From: Gemmatimonadota bacterium | Lineage (GTDB): Bacteria > Latescibacterota > UBA2968 > UBA8231 | NCBI GenBank assembly: GCA_038128265.1 | Contig: JAYPJE010000066.1 | Coordinates: 1-20,447 of the forward strand | DNA length: 20,447 bases | Direction of reading: 5' to 3' | Shown: in pieces, positions 16,891 through 20,447 of the stretch | Numbering within the stretch: position 1 is the first letter of the stretch | How the letters are laid out: the number at the start of each line of letters is the position of its first letter | Position numbers and translations under genes: made by a program | Notes under the pieces: model-generated | What the model saw: only the letters and a program-made list of their open reading frames with translations | Database searches by the model: none | What the model was told of the DNA's origin: nothing

Positions 16891-18626
16891 TTATCGCTCC
16901 CATCGCCAACGGCTAAACGCGTCAAGAACGTATCGGGCAGTGCGCTAACCAACGCTTCCTCCGACACGACGATGCGCTCCGCGTACTTTTCCATCAGTTG
17001 GTCGATCCAATCTTCGAACTGCACTTCTTTCTTTTCGGCGCGCACCAGCGCACGCGCTTTGCGCTCGACCTCGTCAAACGGTTTCAGCTGCCCTGCCTGG
17101 CGATCCATGACTTTGAACAAGCTATAGCCGTCCCTGACCTTGATGGGGCCAACCACCTGATCCTTCTCAGCCTGTGTCACGGCTTTGTACAGGTCTGGCA
17201 TGGCCAAGCGCTCGTAGTCACCCATGTGCATGAGGCCGGCTTCCTCTTTCGCGTCAATGCGCTGCGTATATTGCTGAGCCAGAGAGGAAATCGTCTCGCC
17301 TTCATCTAGTTGCTGGCGCAGCGCACGCGCCGTTTCTTCTTCATCCACCAGCACTTCTACCAGAATATACTCGTCGGATTCCATAAACAGCTCTTCGTGA
17401 TCCTCGTAGTAATTTCGGGCCTCCTGGCGCGTTACCAGCAGCGGATCGACAATCTCGCGCTTGCGCAACTCCTCGATCAACAGCCGTCGCTGCGCGTTCT
17501 CAGCCCACTCCTTCTCGGCTGGCCGGTCGGCAATGCCCGCCCTTTTGGCTCCTTCAAAGAGCATGACCTGGGTCAGGACCAGCTCGCTGGCCACCTCGCG
17601 CACTTCCGCTTCGTCGTTGAGCCCCCAGCCCGATAGCGAGCGCATATCCCGACTCAGAATCTCCACGTAGTCGCCCAGCGTAATCTGGCCACCCTTGTAG
17701 GTGAACAGCGCTATCTGGTGCTCTTCATCGGAGAGCTGTTCGCTGCGCAAGCGCGTGTAGAGGTCGCCTTTTTCGAGCAGCAAAGCCAATCCCTGCGGCA
17801 CCATTTTCAGATCGAGCCTGCGCTCCAAGCGCTGGACTTCGCGCTGTTCTAACTCGCCGAACTTCTGCCCGTAGAGCAGCTCGTAAATGTCTGCGCGGCG
17901 CTCCTGGTAGGGCACCGGCTGTTCGGGGCCAAAGCGGATGAGCTGGAAGCGCCGACCCATCGGCAGAACGTCGGAAATTTTTCCGGCGGGCCAGTCGCGA
18001 AAGAGCGCGTCGGGCACCTGCAAGCGGCGCGCCTCGATCAGGTCAATAAAGCCCAGCACGCCATCCTGTTCGCGCGAGCGCTCGTCAATGCTGTGCTCGC
18101 GGGCCATGTCGCCAAAGTCGGCACCGGCAGCTAGCTCTTGGCCGATGCGCTGCGCTAGCGCCTCGTCTTCTACGAGTATTCCTGCCATCTGGCGGCGGCG
18201 ATTCAGACCGCTCTCGACAAAGTAAGCGCGGATTTCCCCGTCGCTGATTTCCACTTCGCCGGGTAATATTTGACGGCGATAGGCCTCTATCAGGCGCTGT
18301 CGCCACAGCCGGCGAAATTCCGTGCGCACCACTTCGTCTTCGTGCAGCCCGCGCGCGCGCGCCTCCAGTTCCAACAGATGCCGGGCCAGCACGCTGCGCA
18401 GGTAGTCCCGCCGCGCATCGTCACCCGTATTGCGCGAGCGCAGACCGGGCGCTATGCGCTCGACAAACGCACGCACGTAGTCGGCATCGATCCGCGTGCT
18501 ATCAATCTGCGCGACCGCACCGGCCGGCAGTTGAACCACGGTCTCTGAACACCCCGCGGCCAAGAGCGCGATGAGGAGCGCTCCAGCAGCCGAGCACACC
18601 GAATGTGTAAATCGACCCAACAACAC
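16887..18626 (-). CDS. PpiC/parvulin-type peptidyl-prolyl isomerase lipoprotein (SurA/PrsA-like, two PPIase domains)
   Basis: Likely GTG start at 18626 (AGGA RBS overlapping the upstream TAG) gives lipobox AAG-C. ILVEDE..A...L..GADFGDMAREHSID...DGVLG, and a second VLVDEEE.A...GETISSLAQQY...GPIKV..GYSLFKV...PFDEV repeat. Confidence 0.85.
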   Translation of the reverse strand: MLLGRFTHSVCSAAGALLIALLAAGCSETVVQLPAGAVAQIDSTRIDADYVRAFVERIAPGLRSRNTGDDARRDYLRSVLARHLLELEARARGLHEDEVVRTEFRRLWRQRLIEAYRRQILPGEVEISDGEIRAYFVESGLNRRRQMAGILVEDEALAQRIGQELAAGADFGDMAREHSIDERSREQDGVLGFIDLIEARRLQVPDALFRDWPAGKISDVLPMGRRFQLIRFGPEQPVPYQERRADIYELLYGQKFGELEQREVQRLERRLDLKMVPQGLALLLEKGDLYTRLRSEQLSDEEHQIALFTYKGGQITLGDYVEILSRDMRSLSGWGLNDEAEVREVASELVLTQVMLFEGAKRAGIADRPAEKEWAENAQRRLLIEELRKREIVDPLLVTRQEARNYYEDHEELFMESDEYILVEVLVDEEETARALRQQLDEGETISSLAQQYTQRIDAKEEAGLMHMGDYERLAMPDLYKAVTQAEKDQVVGPIKVRDGYSLFKVMDRQAGQLKPFDEVERKARALVRAEKKEVQFEDWIDQLMEKYAERIVVSEEALVSALPDTFLTRLAVGDGSDK

Positions 18627-18636
18627 CCATCCGTTC

Positions 18637-20445
18637 CTAGTAAGCCAGCGCAATATAGCCCAGTTTCTCCTCGCTGCCGCTGTCCGACTCGACGGCAATG
18701 CGCACAATGTATAAACCCGGTGCAGCCATCTGACCCCGATTGTCGCGTCCATCCCACGCCAGCTGATACAGCATGCCCGTTCCGCTGCTGCTGCTCAAAT
18801 CGCGCACTTTGCGCCCGGTTAAATCGCGAATTTCCACCGTCAGCGGCATCGCTTTGGTCAGGCGCAACAGCGCATAGCGAATTTGTACCTCATCGTTGAT
18901 GCCATCCCCGTTGGGCGTAAAGGGGTTGGGACCCATCGACACGTCATCGAGGAGGCGGCCCTCGAGCGCAGTGTGGACGACGATATCGTCGCTCAGCAGT
19001 GTCGCCACGGCATCACCCGGGGTCACTTCCTGGCCGACTTCATCCGTCTCGCTATCAACTACCGAGGCGCTGAAGACCGTTCCGTACACGAATACGCGCG
19101 CATCAAAGTCGATTTCCAGCAAGGTTTGGTCCTGGGCAATGCGGGGGAAGCGCACGGTGAACTGATGGGGATCATTGGGGTCGAATACTGCGCCATAATC
19201 AACTTCTTGGCGGTCGATGCGCACGGCTGCAATCTTTTCTACCCGCGCCGACGTGCGCAGTTCAAGCTGATCGAAGCCCGGCTGTCCCGCGTCCATTCGC
19301 GCGCGAACGGCATAGGTAAACTGGACCTGTTCGGCCGGGTTGACCGACGAAGGATGAATCTCGCCGATCACCGTGCCGACAATGGGTGGCTGCGAATACT
19401 CAAAGAACAGCGAGTCAAGCTGACCACCTTGCAAACCCTGCGACGAAAAGTCGATGCGCAGCTGCACAAATTGGCGCGGGCCCGGCGACAGTATGCGCGT
19501 GCCGTCCAGCCCGTCTTCGTATTCATAGGTATGCCAAACACTCCAATTTTCCAGGTCCTGCGTAATCCGACCGCGCACGTTTTGCGGCATGGAAAAGTAG
19601 TCGGCGCGCGACATCGGAGCCCCGCTGGCCAGCGTGGAAACCTCCTGGTCTCCAACGCCCGTTTTGCGCCAGTAGACTTCGGGCTGGTCGTCGCTGCCGC
19701 TGCGCGTCTGAATCAGAATTTTAGAGTTGGCATCGCGCTGGCCGCTCCACCAGATTCGCCCCAAGCTAGATAGCGCACCCAGATCAATGGGGTCGGAAAT
19801 GTACGATGCCTTGGGAACAAACCCCTGGCCGTAAACCTCAAACTCGGCGACTTCCCACGTATCGCCCACTTCCAGTGGGTGCAGGTAGAGGTGGCGCACG
19901 ATCTGAGGCTCGACACTCAGTTCCACGCGCGCATTGAGGTTGTCTTTCTCATCGTGCACGAGCGTCCACACGATGTTCCCTTTGTCGTCGCGACTTTCAG
20001 CACTGCCGTCGTTTAGATAGAAGCGAAACTGCCGTATTTTATTGCCCGGCTGATCGGGACGCGTCGAAAAGGCTACGCGCTCTATGGGAAAGGGTGCACC
20101 CAAGTCAAAAAACATGGGCGTGGTATAAAAGTAGCCCGGTCGAAAAAAATCGATGCGCGGCGGATGCACAAAGGCCGTCGCTGGATCTCCGTCAATGGCG
20201 AAACCGCGCGTATCGGACCAATTGGCTGGCAAGGTGTAAATGCTAACTAGGCTGGTGAGATCGCCGCCCCGGTTGCGCATCGTGCTGACGAGATTGTGGC
20301 TCAACTCGGTGCTCAGGGGGCGAATGCTGCCCGGTGCGAACGCCTCGTCGATATAGCTCGGCGTGCCCACAGCCGACCAGGAGACGCCCGTCGCTCCGCC
20401 TAATTGATAGTGTTCGCGTCCACTGGCCGATGCAGCCAGCAGGCA
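18637..20445 (-). CDS. Secreted protein with C-terminal FlgD Ig-like/CHU_C-like domain (paralog 3), 5' end beyond the window
   Basis: The frame stays open upstream of 20370 to the window edge (…CLLAASASGREHYQLGGATGVSWSAVG, the end of a signal peptide). IDGDPATAF, FDLGAPF, EFEVYGQGF, IDLG, TRSG, WSVW..Y, SPGPRQF, PNPFTPNGDGIND, WDGRDNRG..AAPGLY, IALAY end. Confidence 0.88.
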   Translation of the reverse strand, partial: CLLAASASGREHYQLGGATGVSWSAVGTPSYIDEAFAPGSIRPLSTELSHNLVSTMRNRGGDLTSLVSIYTLPANWSDTRGFAIDGDPATAFVHPPRIDFFRPGYFYTTPMFFDLGAPFPIERVAFSTRPDQPGNKIRQFRFYLNDGSAESRDDKGNIVWTLVHDEKDNLNARVELSVEPQIVRHLYLHPLEVGDTWEVAEFEVYGQGFVPKASYISDPIDLGALSSLGRIWWSGQRDANSKILIQTRSGSDDQPEVYWRKTGVGDQEVSTLASGAPMSRADYFSMPQNVRGRITQDLENWSVWHTYEYEDGLDGTRILSPGPRQFVQLRIDFSSQGLQGGQLDSLFFEYSQPPIVGTVIGEIHPSSVNPAEQVQFTYAVRARMDAGQPGFDQLELRTSARVEKIAAVRIDRQEVDYGAVFDPNDPHQFTVRFPRIAQDQTLLEIDFDARVFVYGTVFSASVVDSETDEVGQEVTPGDAVATLLSDDIVVHTALEGRLLDDVSMGPNPFTPNGDGINDEVQIRYALLRLTKAMPLTVEIRDLTGRKVRDLSSSSGTGMLYQLAWDGRDNRGQMAAPGLYIVRIAVESDSGSEEKLGYIALAY

Positions 20446-20447
20446 AA

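Noticed and set aside
1..20447. CRISPR arrays, tRNA/rRNA genes, IS elements, prophage genes
   Set aside because: No regularly spaced repeats, RNA-gene signatures or transposase/integrase motifs were seen, and intergenic gaps are short.

Overview
GC-rich bacterial window with about 15 plausible protein-coding genes and no rRNA, tRNA, CRISPR or mobile element visible. The gene content (expanded secreted 'TPNGDGIND...VAY' FlgD-Ig proteins, PhyH dioxygenase, amidohydrolase) is reminiscent of Ca. Latescibacterota-like FCB bacteria; this taxonomy is inference only. Left: a minus-strand run of alpha-ketoglutaric semialdehyde dehydrogenase, glutaredoxin and a partial amidohydrolase, preceded by a PhyH-family dioxygenase. 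Centre: two convergent HTTM-domain membrane proteins, one strongly resembling vitamin K-dependent gamma-carboxylase. They sit next to a 73-aa Asp/Glu-rich peptide gene (start missed by the ORF track) with a twin-arginine-like/YxxP leader and its own terminator. This trio is the best candidate for an undescribed system, a peptide (RiPP-like) carboxylation locus. An orphan cheB follows. Right: three paralogous secreted proteins with a shared FlgD-Ig/CHU_C-like C-terminal domain, a co-transcribed PpiC-type lipoprotein foldase, a CE4-like lipoprotein, a DsbA lipoprotein and a purple-acid-phosphatase-like enzyme.
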